A stretch of 64,000 nt of DNA from NCBI GenBank assembly GCA_963719315.1, contig CAVRBU010000004.1, forward strand, positions 448,001-512,000. The letters are read 5' to 3'. The notes beneath the pieces are model-generated. The model saw only the letters and a program-made list of their open reading frames with translations, did no database searches and was not told the DNA's origin. Each line of letters opens with the position of its first letter. Within the stretch, counting starts at the first letter, position 1. A program made the translations under genes and the position numbers. Source of the stretch: an uncultured Planctomycetota bacterium (GTDB lineage: Bacteria; Planctomycetota; Planctomycetia; Pirellulales; Lacipirellulaceae). Positions 53,410-62,613 of the stretch are shown here, piece after piece.

Positions 53410-55065
53410 ATGACGATTGTATCTAGGGCGAACGGAATAAACGGCCGGTTGTTCGAACGCCGTCCGCACCTTTATCGGAGAAGTGGGTTGGGAGTGTCGC
53501 GCAGAATTGACTGCCGTGGAACCGTTGGGCTTCGCCGGACGATTGTCGTGGCGTTGCTCATCATTACCACTGGTTGTGCGACTTCTTCGTATCGACTCTT
53601 TCGATCGGCAGAATCTGAAGTTCCGCCGGCGGCAGGGAACCAGACCTCAGCGCCGATCCACGACATATCGCCCCCGAGTGACGTAACCCAAGCCGCCTTG
53701 ACGACATCTGCGGATTCGCTGGTAACACCAGCAGTTCACGTGGAACAGCCGCCGGAGGAAATACCGGCATTAGAAGCAACTGACTATACATACCGGTTGG
53801 ATATGTCTACGGCCCTTGCGCTCGTGGCGGGGCAAAATCCGCAAGTGGGGTACGCCCGCTGGAAGATCCGCGAGGCCTACGCCAACTTGGAACACGCCCA
53901 AGCGCTGTGGCTTCCCTCGATTCAAACGGGTGTCAGCTACCATCGCAATGAAGGAAATCTGCAGGACTCTACGGGCGCGATCCTCGATGTGAGTCGGTCA
54001 TCCCTGCAAGCAGGGTTGGGGGCGGGCGCCGTGGGCGCGGGCACGACGCCGCAGCCTGGCATCGTCGCCCAGTTCCAACTCGTGGATGCGATTTATCAGC
54101 CGGCGATTGCCCAGCGCAGCGTCTGGGCCCAAGAGCATGCCCGCGACGCCGCCCTCAATGACCAATTGCTAGAGGCCGCGGTTGCCTACCAGGAGCTCCT
54201 GCGGGCGCATCAACTTTGGGTAGTTGCGCTGCAAACGGCCGGCGGCAGTCAGGAATTGGTTCGACTGACGACAGCCTACGCAAACGCGGGGCAAGGTACT
54301 CGCGCCGATGCCGATCGCTCACTCGCCGAACTGGCCTTGCGGAAAAACAACGTCGCTCGCAGCGAAGAGGCAGTCGCCGTAGCTTCGGCTCGGCTGGCGC
54401 AGGTGCTCAGCGTCCGTGGCATCAACGAAATTGTGCCGGTGGAGGACACCATCGTGCCGATCGACTTGGCCGCGGCCGGCGCCCCGCAAGATAATCTCGC
54501 GATGGCGCTCGCGAACCGGCCTGAGCTGAAGGAAAGTCACGACCTAGTGGCAGAGGCCTGCGAGCGATTGCGCCGCGAACGCTACGCTCCATTGATGCCA
54601 AGCGTGCTTTTGGGCGCATCGTATGGCGGCTTCGGCGGCGGCATGGGCGACACCGTCGCCGACTTCAACGACCGCATCGACTTCGACGCAATGGCCATTT
54701 GGCAGATTCGCAACTTGGGATACGGCGAGAAGGCGGCGCGCCAGGCGGCAAGCGCCCGATTACAGCAGGAGACGATGCGTCAGGTCCGTGTGATGGATAC
54801 GATCGCCCGCGAAGTTGCGGAAGCGGAGGTTCGCGTTCGCACGCGCTTCGGCCGCATTGCGACTGCCCAGTCCGGAGTTCAATTCTCCCGAGAATCGTTC
54901 GATCACAATTTCACGCGCATTCGTGAAGGCCAAGGCTTACCGATTGAGGTGCTACAAGCGATTCAATCGCTCGACATAAATCAGCGCGAACTTGTAGATG
55001 CGACGGCCGACTACAATATCGCCCAGTTCCAATTTCAGCGGGCACTTGGTTGGCCGGTACAGTAA
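53410..55065 (+). CDS. TolC-family outer membrane efflux protein (lipoprotein; start may be downstream)
   Basis: LLIITTGC lipobox, ALWLPSI, ALANRPEL, YNIAQFQFQRALG; divergent from the RND-MFP pair. Confidence 0.82.
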   Translation: MTIVSRANGINGRLFERRPHLYRRSGLGVSRRIDCRGTVGLRRTIVVALLIITTGCATSSYRLFRSAESEVPPAAGNQTSAPIHDISPPSDVTQAALTTSADSLVTPAVHVEQPPEEIPALEATDYTYRLDMSTALALVAGQNPQVGYARWKIREAYANLEHAQALWLPSIQTGVSYHRNEGNLQDSTGAILDVSRSSLQAGLGAGAVGAGTTPQPGIVAQFQLVDAIYQPAIAQRSVWAQEHARDAALNDQLLEAAVAYQELLRAHQLWVVALQTAGGSQELVRLTTAYANAGQGTRADADRSLAELALRKNNVARSEEAVAVASARLAQVLSVRGINEIVPVEDTIVPIDLAAAGAPQDNLAMALANRPELKESHDLVAEACERLRRERYAPLMPSVLLGASYGGFGGGMGDTVADFNDRIDFDAMAIWQIRNLGYGEKAARQAASARLQQETMRQVRVMDTIAREVAEAEVRVRTRFGRIATAQSGVQFSRESFDHNFTRIREGQGLPIEVLQAIQSLDINQRELVDATADYNIAQFQFQRALGWPVQ

Positions 55066-55314
55066 CGGATAGCGGCAAACAACTCGGCCGCAATCAACCG
55101 GTTGCACCATCGCCGTACGGCACAGCCATCATCTTGTCTTGATGGCTAAAAATTCTTGCTGAAATTGGCCGGCCAATCTGCTACGTTTAACCATGCCAAA
55201 GTCCACTCGTACTTTGAAAATCTAGTAGAAGCTGGTGGCTATTAGCCATTAGCTGTTAGCCAGATGGGCTGACGCTGCGCATCAGTGGACCGAGTCCTCC
55301 TTCCCCACTCTCCA

Positions 55315-55422
55315 CCGGCGTCGGCCTCGGCATGCAGCCCCCCACGTTCCTCCGCCCCGGCCAAACCATTCGCCTGAGCGTCGAAGGCCTCGGCGAACAT
55401 CAACAACGCACGGTCGCCGACT
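55315..55422 (+). repeat. Direct repeat, copy B (orphan 3' fragment of the FAH gene)
   Basis: Encodes GVGLGMQPPTFLRPGQTIRLSVEGLGEHQQRTVAD with no upstream gene body. Confidence 0.9.
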
Positions 55423-55464
55423 GGTGCTTTGTCAAAGCTTAGTTTTCGGATTAACCGCGGGGCG

Positions 55465-55598
55465 CTAGTGCTTTGTCACAGCTTGATCTTGGGATTAGCC
55501 GCGGGGCGCTAGCCCCCGGTTGGAGCGGCACAAACCGGGGGCTAGCGCCCTGCGGCTGATGCGCCCAACCCCAGTTTTTAGCTGTGACAAAGCACTAG
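55465..55598. mobile_element. MITE-like element with CTAG ends, nested in a related degenerate copy starting at 55421
   Basis: Perfect 19-bp inverted ends CTAGTGCTTTGTCACAGCT / AGCTGTGACAAAGCACTAG and an internal GGGCGCTAGCCCCCGGTT...AACCGGGGGCTAGCGCCC hairpin. Confidence 0.75.
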
Positions 55599-55774
55599 CC
55601 CCAGTTTTCCGGCAAAAAACCGGACGCTAGCCGAGCCCATGGGAATCTCATCCGAGTCACTCAATTCGCCAGCTAGCACGAATCAGCTACTTGCCTTGCC
55701 GGCGATTCAGCGGGCGAATATACTCCGCGGCCCAAATTCTCGGACGATTCCGCGCTCAGCAAGGAGGCTGACGC

Positions 55775-57072
55775 ATGATGTTTTCAGCTCGCACGTTGGC
55801 CATCGCCTTGATCGCAGTATCGGTTGCTTTCGTCAGTCGGATGGCCGTCGCGCAATCCGACAGTGGATGGAAGGCTTCGGCGCCGGCAGCTCACGATATA
55901 GCAGTACCGGCAGCGGCGATCAAAAACCTATTCCGCTCGCGCCCGCGGCAAGCAACCAGCCGGCGGCAGCGCCGAATGGTCGACCGCCGGGCGACATCAC
56001 GCCCGTGGAAGGCGCTCTTGCGCCGATTGATCCGGGGATTACGCGAGCGCGCGTTACGAAGGGTAGCGGCGCGTTGCCGCAAGATGGTGGGCAGGTGTGG
56101 CGCGAGTACGACATTCGACCTTACACGCTGCGCGTGACCACGACCGCCCGGCCCGAGCAGGCCATCGTGGATTGGATCTTGCGCGAGACGGGCTACGAAG
56201 CGTGGCATTCCGATCCGGTCGGGCTATTGAGCGCCAATCGCGAGACGCTCCGCGTGTATCACACGCCGGAGATGCAGGCGATCGTCGCCGATATCGTGGA
56301 CCGATTCGTGAACTCCGCGGCGAGCAATTACGCCTTTACGCTCCGCGTGGCGACCGTGGGCAACCCGAACTGGCGGGCCAAAGCGCTGCCGATGATGACG
56401 CCGATCCCCGTACAATCGCCCGGCATTCAGGGCTGGCTATTGGCCAAGGAAAATGCGCGGCTACTGGTCTCGGAACTGAGCCGGCGGACCGATTACCGCG
56501 AATACAACTCGCCGCAACAGCTCGTCAACAATGGCCAATCGATCGTTCTCTCGACGATGCGGCCGCGGAGTTACATTCGCAGCGCGGTGATTACGCAGGC
56601 CGCATGGCCCGGTTATCAGCCCGAGATGGGCACGATCGAGGAAGGTTTTTCGCTGGAGTTCAGCCCGCTGCTGGCGCTGGACTTGTCGTCGGCCGACGCG
56701 GTCGTGAAGTTGCGGCTGAACCAGGTGGAAAAGATGCTGCCGGTGAAGCTGGAGCTGCCGACGACAGTGGCCCCGAACCAACGAGTGCAGATCGACGTGC
56801 CGCAGATGACGTCGTCGAATTTGCACGAGCGATTCCGCTGGCCGACCGACAAAGTGCTGCTGTTAAGCATGGGCGTCGTCGCCACGCCGGGCCCGACGAA
56901 AGACAACCCCGTCACCGACGCGGTTAAAGATGCGATGCCGATTCTCAAGAGTCCGCCGCGAGCCGATGCCCTGCTCTTCGTGGAGAGTGCCGGCGTGGTT
57001 GCGCCCTCTCCGCAACCCGTCGCTGCTCGCGCGGCCAGCTTGCCGCAGCAGTCGTTCCAAGGGCGATATTAG
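55775..57072 (+). CDS. Secreted hypothetical protein (frameshift near 55885)
   Basis: AGGAGG-ATG and signal peptide in ORF 55775 continue into ORF 55639-57072 (GQVWREYDIRPY, IVDWILRETG, HERFRWP). Confidence 0.7.
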
Positions 57073-57119
57073 GTGAGTCACGCCGGCGCCGCTGGTGACG
57101 CATAAATAACGATTGGAAT

Positions 57120-57216
57120 AGACAAGGAGAGGGGGAGACAAGGAGACAATGTAGATTCATTGATAACGCCCTGTCGATGAATCTCCTTGTCTCCCCCTCT
57201 CCTTGTCTCCTTGTCT
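57120..57216. repeat. Inverted octamer-unit repeat (GGAGACAA / TTGTCTCC)
   Basis: GACAAGGAGAGGGGGAGACAAGGAGAC ... TCTCCTTGTCTCCCCCTCTCCTTGTCTCCTTGTC. Confidence 0.8.
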
Positions 57217-57275
57217 GGTTGTCTCGTACACCGCTGCTGATTCGATGGCCCGATTGTGTTATGTTGAACGCACCC

Positions 57276-58595
57276 ATGAGTTCACCCGCACAAGACCGCC
57301 GCGTTGTGATTACCGGCCTGGGGCTGATTTCGCCGCTGGGCAACACGCCGGCCGCGCTGTGGAGTGCGCTGATGGCTGGCCAGAGCGGTGTGGCGACGAC
57401 GACGCTCATGCCGCCCGACGGCCAGCCGCTGAAGTTTGCGGGCGAGGCCCGCGAGTTTACCGGCGATATCGAGAACTTCGGGCCGCTCGAGAAGGAACGC
57501 AAGAAAGCCATCAAGAAGGGCCTCAAGGTGATGTGCCGCGAAACGCGGATGGCCGTGGCTGCCGCGCAATTGGCAATCGCCGACGCGGGGTTTGCCGAGA
57601 AGCCGATGGATCCGGAAACGTCCGGCGTCGTGCTGGGCAGCGACTACATGCTCACGATGCCAGATGATTATTCGCTGGGCATGAAGACGTGCGCCCCCGA
57701 GGGCGAGTTTCAGTTCACGAAGTGGGGCAAAGAGGGGCTCGGCGACATGGCCCCGCTGTGGATGCTCAAGTATTTGCCGAACATGCCGGCTAGCCACATC
57801 GCGATTTACAACGATCTGCGCGGGCCGAACAATTCGCTGACCATGCGCGAGGCGGCCGGCAATCTGGCGATCGGCGAGGCGTTCCGCACGATCCAGCGCG
57901 GCCATGCGAACATGATGGTGGCGGGCGCAACGGGCACGCGGATTCTGCCGATGCAGGCGATTCACGCCTTGCAAACCGAACAAATGGCGGCCGAGAACGG
58001 CGACCCCGCGAAGGCCAGCCGCCCGTTCGACCGCGAGCGGACGGGCATGGTCGCCGGCGAAGGGGCCGGGATGGTTGTGCTGGAAGAGTACGAATCGGCC
58101 AAATCGCGCGGCGCGACGATCTATGCCGAAGTCCTCGGCCTAGGCAGCGCGAATGTCGCCGATGAAACATTGCATGGCAAGTGCGACGTGGCGCTGGAGC
58201 GCGCGATGAACGCTGCCCTGCGAGATTCGGGAAAGTCGCCGGCCGATATCGGCCACATCAACGCCCACGGCCTGAGCACGACCGATCGCGATGCGGATGA
58301 AGCCCGCGCAATACGAGCGGTGCTCGGCGCGCGGGCTGATGAGGTGCCGGTCACAGCACTGAAAAGCTATTTCGGTAACCTGGGTGCGGGTAGCGGCGTG
58401 GTCGAATTGATTGCCAGCGTGCTCGCTTTGAGGGACGGCCGGCTGCCGCGCGTGCTGAATTACAAAACACCCGATCCCGCTTGCGAAATACCGATTGCGG
58501 CCGACGACGGTGCGCCAAGCGGCCGCAGCTTCTTGAATTTGAGTGTGACGCCGCAAGGCCAGGCGGCCGTCCTATCTATTGCCGCAGTCGATTAG
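57276..58595 (+). CDS. Beta-ketoacyl synthase (FabF-like) paralogue lacking the catalytic Cys
   Basis: RRVVITGLG, LPNMPASHI, ASRPFD, GEGAG, NAHG; TMREAAG in place of STACASG; FGNLGA in place of GHLLGA. Confidence 0.85.
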   Translation: MSSPAQDRRVVITGLGLISPLGNTPAALWSALMAGQSGVATTTLMPPDGQPLKFAGEAREFTGDIENFGPLEKERKKAIKKGLKVMCRETRMAVAAAQLAIADAGFAEKPMDPETSGVVLGSDYMLTMPDDYSLGMKTCAPEGEFQFTKWGKEGLGDMAPLWMLKYLPNMPASHIAIYNDLRGPNNSLTMREAAGNLAIGEAFRTIQRGHANMMVAGATGTRILPMQAIHALQTEQMAAENGDPAKASRPFDRERTGMVAGEGAGMVVLEEYESAKSRGATIYAEVLGLGSANVADETLHGKCDVALERAMNAALRDSGKSPADIGHINAHGLSTTDRDADEARAIRAVLGARADEVPVTALKSYFGNLGAGSGVVELIASVLALRDGRLPRVLNYKTPDPACEIPIAADDGAPSGRSFLNLSVTPQGQAAVLSIAAVD

Positions 58596-58879
58596 GCGGA
58601 AGAGTTCCCCTATCCTACACATCTTGCCTGCTAGCACGCTGGCTATTCTGAAGTGGGCTGTCGACTGTGGATTGGCGAATAAGTAGGTACCGCTTGTCGA
58701 GCGGGTCTTGAACCTGCTTTGCTACCTTATGAAGTCGCCAAGGTCCCTTCCGGCAGAAGGGACCTACTTCGGTGGATTGGCTTCCAATTTGGCGGAAGAG
58801 CGACCTATTCGTGCACGACCGCCCTCGCTCATTGTACGCATCGCCGCTATCACCCATTCCAGCGGGCGTTTCCTGCGCG

Positions 58880-58895
58880 TGGTATGAAATTCGCA
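58880..58895 (+). promoter_or_regulatory. Possible sigma-54 promoter
   Basis: TGGTATGAAATTCGCA has GG-N10-GC spacing, ~100 nt before the CsbD-like start. Confidence 0.35.
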
Positions 58896-58994
58896 GTTGA
58901 ATAGCCCTACTATGCTTTGGAACTTTGCGCACCTAGCATGAGTAGTATCGAATCGCGGTGCGTTTTAACCACCTTCCTTGCTTGGAGCGAAATT

Positions 58995-59420
58995 ATGAGC
59001 ACGCAAGAAAAAGTCATGGGAAATTGGAATCAATTAAAAGGCAAAATCAAACAGCGTTGGGGCCAACTGACAGATGATGAGTTGCAAGAGGTCGAAGGCA
59101 ACATCGACCAACTGATCGGCCTGGTGCAGCAAAAGACGGGCGAGGCGCGGCAGCACGTCGAACGCGTAATCTCCAAACTCAATGAGGACACGGGGGGAGC
59201 GTTCATGCAGGCCACCGAAACCGTGCGCGAATACGCCGATCAGGCGACCGAAACCCTGCGCGGCGCTGCCGATCAGCTTCGCGAGCGTACCCGCGAAGGC
59301 TACGAAGAGGCTCAAGAGATGATGCGTCGTCGGCCGGCCGAATCGGTCGCCGTCGCGTTCGGCACGGGACTGGTGGTGGGCGTGATCGTGGGCCTCATTG
59401 CAGGCTCGCGCAATAGTTGA
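58995..59420 (+). CDS. CsbD-like stress protein fused to a DUF883 (ElaB/YqjD)-like tail anchor
   Basis: GNWNQLKGKIKQRWGQLTDDEL...LIGLVQQKTG; C-terminal RRRPAESVAVAFGTGLVVG. Confidence 0.85.
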   Translation: MSTQEKVMGNWNQLKGKIKQRWGQLTDDELQEVEGNIDQLIGLVQQKTGEARQHVERVISKLNEDTGGAFMQATETVREYADQATETLRGAADQLRERTREGYEEAQEMMRRRPAESVAVAFGTGLVVGVIVGLIAGSRNS

Positions 59421-59550
59421 CGCCGGATGACTGCGGTGGAGCGCAGCGAAGCCTCAGCCACGCTGGGGGCTCAGCGACGGCTCGACCCCAGCCACCCAGC
59501 CAAGCGTCGTAGTTACGATTCACGGACCGAGATTCAGAAAGGGACATTCC

Positions 59551-59940
59551 ATGGCAGCAAATCAGATCTCGAATCAGAGAAACAAGTTGGGTGGGCAGCA
59601 ACAAGGAGCGCCTTCGAAACGAAAGCAATCTGCAATGTCGGAGGAACCGCAACACGATTACGGCTCGATGGGCGAATTGGCCGAGCAGGCGTCCGATTAC
59701 GTCGAGCGGGGGCGATCGCATGTCCGTGAACTCGCACGTGGGCGTGAGGGTGCGGCCGTCGCCATCGCATTTGCGGCCGGGCTCGGCGTCGGGCTCGCCA
59801 TTGGCGGAGGGCTGGTCCGGTCGTATCGGCAGCCGCGAACTTGGCGCGACCGCCTGACCGAGGAAGGCCTTGGCCGCCGGTTGATGGATCGCCTGGAACG
59901 CATGGTTCCGGATGCGCTGGCCGAGCATTTTGCGAAGTAA
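59551..59940 (+). CDS. Small membrane-anchored hypothetical protein
   Basis: AVAIAFAAGLGVGLAIG helix, DUF883-like; operon context. Confidence 0.7.
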   Translation: MAANQISNQRNKLGGQQQGAPSKRKQSAMSEEPQHDYGSMGELAEQASDYVERGRSHVRELARGREGAAVAIAFAAGLGVGLAIGGGLVRSYRQPRTWRDRLTEEGLGRRLMDRLERMVPDALAEHFAK

Positions 59941-60048
59941 GGAGCGGAGCCGGATTTTTCAAAGAACGCTGTCCAGCGGCCGTTCGGTTTGAGTAAAATG
60001 AAATGAGAGGACAAACGCTTCGCCCAATGACCAATTCGAGAGACCGCC

Positions 60049-60534
60049 GTGACGCCCGATGATTCCGCCGAATCGATTCGCAAACGGATGGCCGAGCTGC
60101 GCCGCGAACTCACGTGCGATGTACGCGACGTGAGCCGCAGCGCGCGGCAGATGACCAATCCGCTGTACTACATGCGGCGTTTTCCCTGGGCCAGCGCGGC
60201 CGCGGCGGCGGCGATTGGTTATTTGCTGGTGCCGAAAAAGAAGCACATCATCAAACCCGATCCGGAGATGTTGGCCGAGTTGCTGAAGAAGCATCAGATC
60301 AACTTGGAGAACGTGAAAGCGGCGAGCGATTCGCCGGGAATGCTCAAGAGCCTGGCAGTGATGGGGCTGACTTGGGCCGTGCGAACCGGTCTGGCATATG
60401 CAGGTCAGCAGTTGGCGGCGGCCGCCACTCGAAATGATGAGGGTCATGTGGACCGCGAGGATCACGCCCAAGCCGACGAGCCTCATCCGCCGGCGCCCGA
60501 TCCCGTCGCGGAGCCTTGGAACACGACATGGTGA
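60049..60534 (+). CDS. Hypothetical membrane protein (YqjK/DUF3618-like)
   Basis: AESIRKRMAELRREL...RRFPWASAAAAAAIGYLLVP. Confidence 0.7.
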   Translation: MTPDDSAESIRKRMAELRRELTCDVRDVSRSARQMTNPLYYMRRFPWASAAAAAAIGYLLVPKKKHIIKPDPEMLAELLKKHQINLENVKAASDSPGMLKSLAVMGLTWAVRTGLAYAGQQLAAAATRNDEGHVDREDHAQADEPHPPAPDPVAEPWNTTW

Positions 60535-60538
60535 TACG

Positions 60539-60751
60539 ATGCGAGAAAGTCCCGTCAATCGATTGGAAACAGCCTGGCCTCCTAACCCGCCTGCTCACGA
60601 TTTAATCTCCGATGAGCGCAGTTCGTGGAGCGATGCGGCCAGGTCTTGGGAAGAAACGCTGGAAACATTCGTCACGGACCATCCCCGGCTGTCGCTGGGC
60701 GTGGCCGTGACTTGCGGTTTAGTCCTGGGTTGGATGGTGAAACGCAAATGA
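60539..60751 (+). CDS. Small tail-anchored protein
   Basis: FVTDHPRLSLGVAVTCGLVLGWMVKRK; ATGA overlap with the next gene. Confidence 0.7.
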   Translation: MRESPVNRLETAWPPNPPAHDLISDERSSWSDAARSWEETLETFVTDHPRLSLGVAVTCGLVLGWMVKRK

Positions 60752-61191
60752 GCACGAACGGACGAGCGCGAAATAACGAGCCGAACGTCGCCGCTAGCTT
60801 TTCAGACTTGGCGCACGACGTGATCGAGTTGACCGAGTTGCAGGCCAATCTGTTTGCGCTGGATGTGAAAGACACGTCGCGGAGCACGCGGACGGCGCTC
60901 ATCTTGGGCGTATCCGGCGTGGTGGTGCTGCTGGGTACGATTCCGGTGGCACTCGTTTCGCTGGCCGCGTTGTTGATCGAGCAGCTCGGTTGGTCGAACG
61001 CGGCCGGTTTCGGCGCGGCGACGCTGGTCGGCGTTCTGCTCGGCGCCGGCATACTGGCGGCCGCCTGGTCGCGATTCCGCACGAGCGCCGTAACGTTGCA
61101 TCGATCGCGCGACGAACTAAGACGCAACATCGCCTGGGTGAAGTCGAGCTTGCGAAATCGGGCCCAGCTCAACCCAGCGGAAGAGAATTAA
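60748..61191 (+). CDS. Phage-holin-family / YqjE-like two-helix membrane protein
   Basis: DVIELTELQANLFALD, two TM helices, SRDELRRNIAWVK. Confidence 0.75.
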   Translation: MSTNGRARNNEPNVAASFSDLAHDVIELTELQANLFALDVKDTSRSTRTALILGVSGVVVLLGTIPVALVSLAALLIEQLGWSNAAGFGAATLVGVLLGAGILAAAWSRFRTSAVTLHRSRDELRRNIAWVKSSLRNRAQLNPAEEN

Positions 61192-61275
61192 CGACAGGAA
61201 TAGAAAACCGATTGCTGCGGCCGCTCAGTGGCGGTCGATTCAAAATCACGCCCCCGAATAATAAGGAGAACGAAC

Positions 61276-61470
61276 ATGGCCAGTACGCAAACCGCTCGCA
61301 AGATGACGAATTCCCGCCAGCATACGCCGCAGCGCGAAACCGATCCGGCCGAAATGGGCCGCGACTTCGTGCAATACTTGCGCGAGTACGCCAAGGAGAA
61401 TCCGGAAACTGCCGCGCTGTGGTGCTTCGGCATCGGCTTCGTGCTGGGATGGAAGCTGAAGCTGTGGTAG
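61276..61470 (+). CDS. Small tail-anchored protein
   Basis: AAGGAG RBS; YAKENPETAALWCFGIGFVLGWKLKLW. Confidence 0.75.
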   Translation: MASTQTARKMTNSRQHTPQRETDPAEMGRDFVQYLREYAKENPETAALWCFGIGFVLGWKLKLW

Positions 61471-61476
61471 GCGCGT

Positions 61477-61790
61477 GGGTGCCTCTGGCTCCGCCAGTGC
61501 TCTGCTTGCCAATAGCTTGCCGCAGAGATCCAATCTGCCACACTCCAACTTCGTAAAGTCAATCGCAAGCTAGTTCGTGCTCGAACGATTAACGCGATCG
61601 GTGGTGTTATGAAGAAGCACTGGCGGAGCCAGTGGCACCCGGCGTTTTGAAGAAGCACTGGCGGAGCCAGTGGCACCCGGCGTTTTGAAGAAGCACTGGC
61701 AGAGCCAGTGGCACTTGGCGTGCGGGCTCCAATCCATTTATTTGCGGCAGATTCTGGAGACCCGCGCACAACCAGCAGTGGCACCCGGCG
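61477..61790. repeat. REP cluster: three tandem 38-bp units (61610-61721), an inverted copy (61477-61500) and a partial copy
   Basis: Unit TGAAGAAGCACTGGCGGAGCCAGTGGCACCCGGCGTTT at 61610, 61648 and 61686, with core palindrome CACTGGC-GGA-GCCAGTG. Confidence 0.85.
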
Positions 61791-61807
61791 TGCAACAAGG
61801 TTGGCGG

Positions 61808-62143
61808 CTAATTACCGGCGCGGTACTTGATGACCTGTACGCGTTCGAGCGTTACGAGACCTTCTTGCACCATTTCGTCGACGTGTGGCATGAACTCGTC
61901 GATCTTTTCCTTCGCGTCGACGATCTCGACCACGATCGGCAGGTCTTCGGAGAGTCGCAATATCTTCGCCGTGTGCAACCGGCTTTTTGCGCCGAAACCC
62001 ATCGGGCCGCGAATCACCGTCGCGCCGGCCAGATGCAGCTCGCGGGCTTTGAGCACGATGGCTTCGTAGAGCGGCCTGCCCTGCCAGTGATCGCTCTCGC
62101 CGATGAAAATGCGGAGCAAGTAGCCGTCTTGTGGGATTTTCAT
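61808..62143 (-). CDS. DUF190 (PII-like) protein
   Basis: LLRIFIGESD, LAGATVIRGPMGFG, LSEDLPIVVEIVD; typical crcB neighbour. Confidence 0.9.
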   Translation of the reverse strand: MKIPQDGYLLRIFIGESDHWQGRPLYEAIVLKARELHLAGATVIRGPMGFGAKSRLHTAKILRLSEDLPIVVEIVDAKEKIDEFMPHVDEMVQEGLVTLERVQVIKYRAGN

Positions 62144-62146
62144 GGA

Positions 62147-62530
62147 TCAGACTCCGTACCAATACTCGGCCGCGCGATAACCGATCCAAACGGCAAGCAA
62201 CCCAAGCGTGCAACTAGAGAAGATGTTGAGGGCGGCCAAAGCAAATTGCCCCGCGTTCATGAGCGTGAAGGACTCCAAGCCGAACGTCGAGAAGGTGGTA
62301 AAACCGCCCAAGATGCCGACTAGCAGGCCGATGCGGTATTCTTCGCGGATCAAAACGGGCCCGGTAAAAAGGGCGGTCAAGAAACCGATCACGAGGCAGC
62401 CCAGGACGTTTACGGCGAGCGTGCCCGCGGGAAAGCTGCCGTTTGCGGCGCGCTGCACCCAACCCTGGATCGCGTAGCGCAGGATCGACCCGAATGCGCC
62501 ACCTGCCGCGATTAACAGCCACTTGGTCAT
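62147..62530 (-). CDS. crcB: Fluoride efflux channel Fluc
   Basis: GGAFGSILRY, FPAGTLAVNVLGC, GILGGFTTFSTF. Confidence 0.95.
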   Translation of the reverse strand: MTKWLLIAAGGAFGSILRYAIQGWVQRAANGSFPAGTLAVNVLGCLVIGFLTALFTGPVLIREEYRIGLLVGILGGFTTFSTFGLESFTLMNAGQFALAALNIFSSCTLGLLAVWIGYRAAEYWYGV

Positions 62531-62613
62531 ACGCTACTCTACATAGTCGACTTGGCACTCTAGTATCGGCCGACCGACCCGCGTTAGCAACGTGGCCCGA
62601 GAGTAGATTCTAC

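Noticed and set aside
53339..53410. c-di-GMP-I riboswitch-like GGCAAA...GGCGCAAAA upstream of the TolC gene
   Set aside because: No GNRA-capped first stem and no recognisable second stem or receptor.
60748..61191. Holin plus GH25 lysozyme as evidence of a prophage
   Set aside because: The genes are over 30 kb apart, the GH25 has a signal peptide and PEP-CTERM, the holin-like gene sits in a stress operon, and there are no phage structural genes.
61610..61721. Three 38-bp palindromic tandem units as a CRISPR array
   Set aside because: No unique spacers, inverted and dispersed copies exist, and no cas genes are present; this is a REP cluster.
62531..62613. Fluoride riboswitch upstream of crcB
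   Set aside because: No GGCGATG...TGATG-type consensus in the short divergent spacer.
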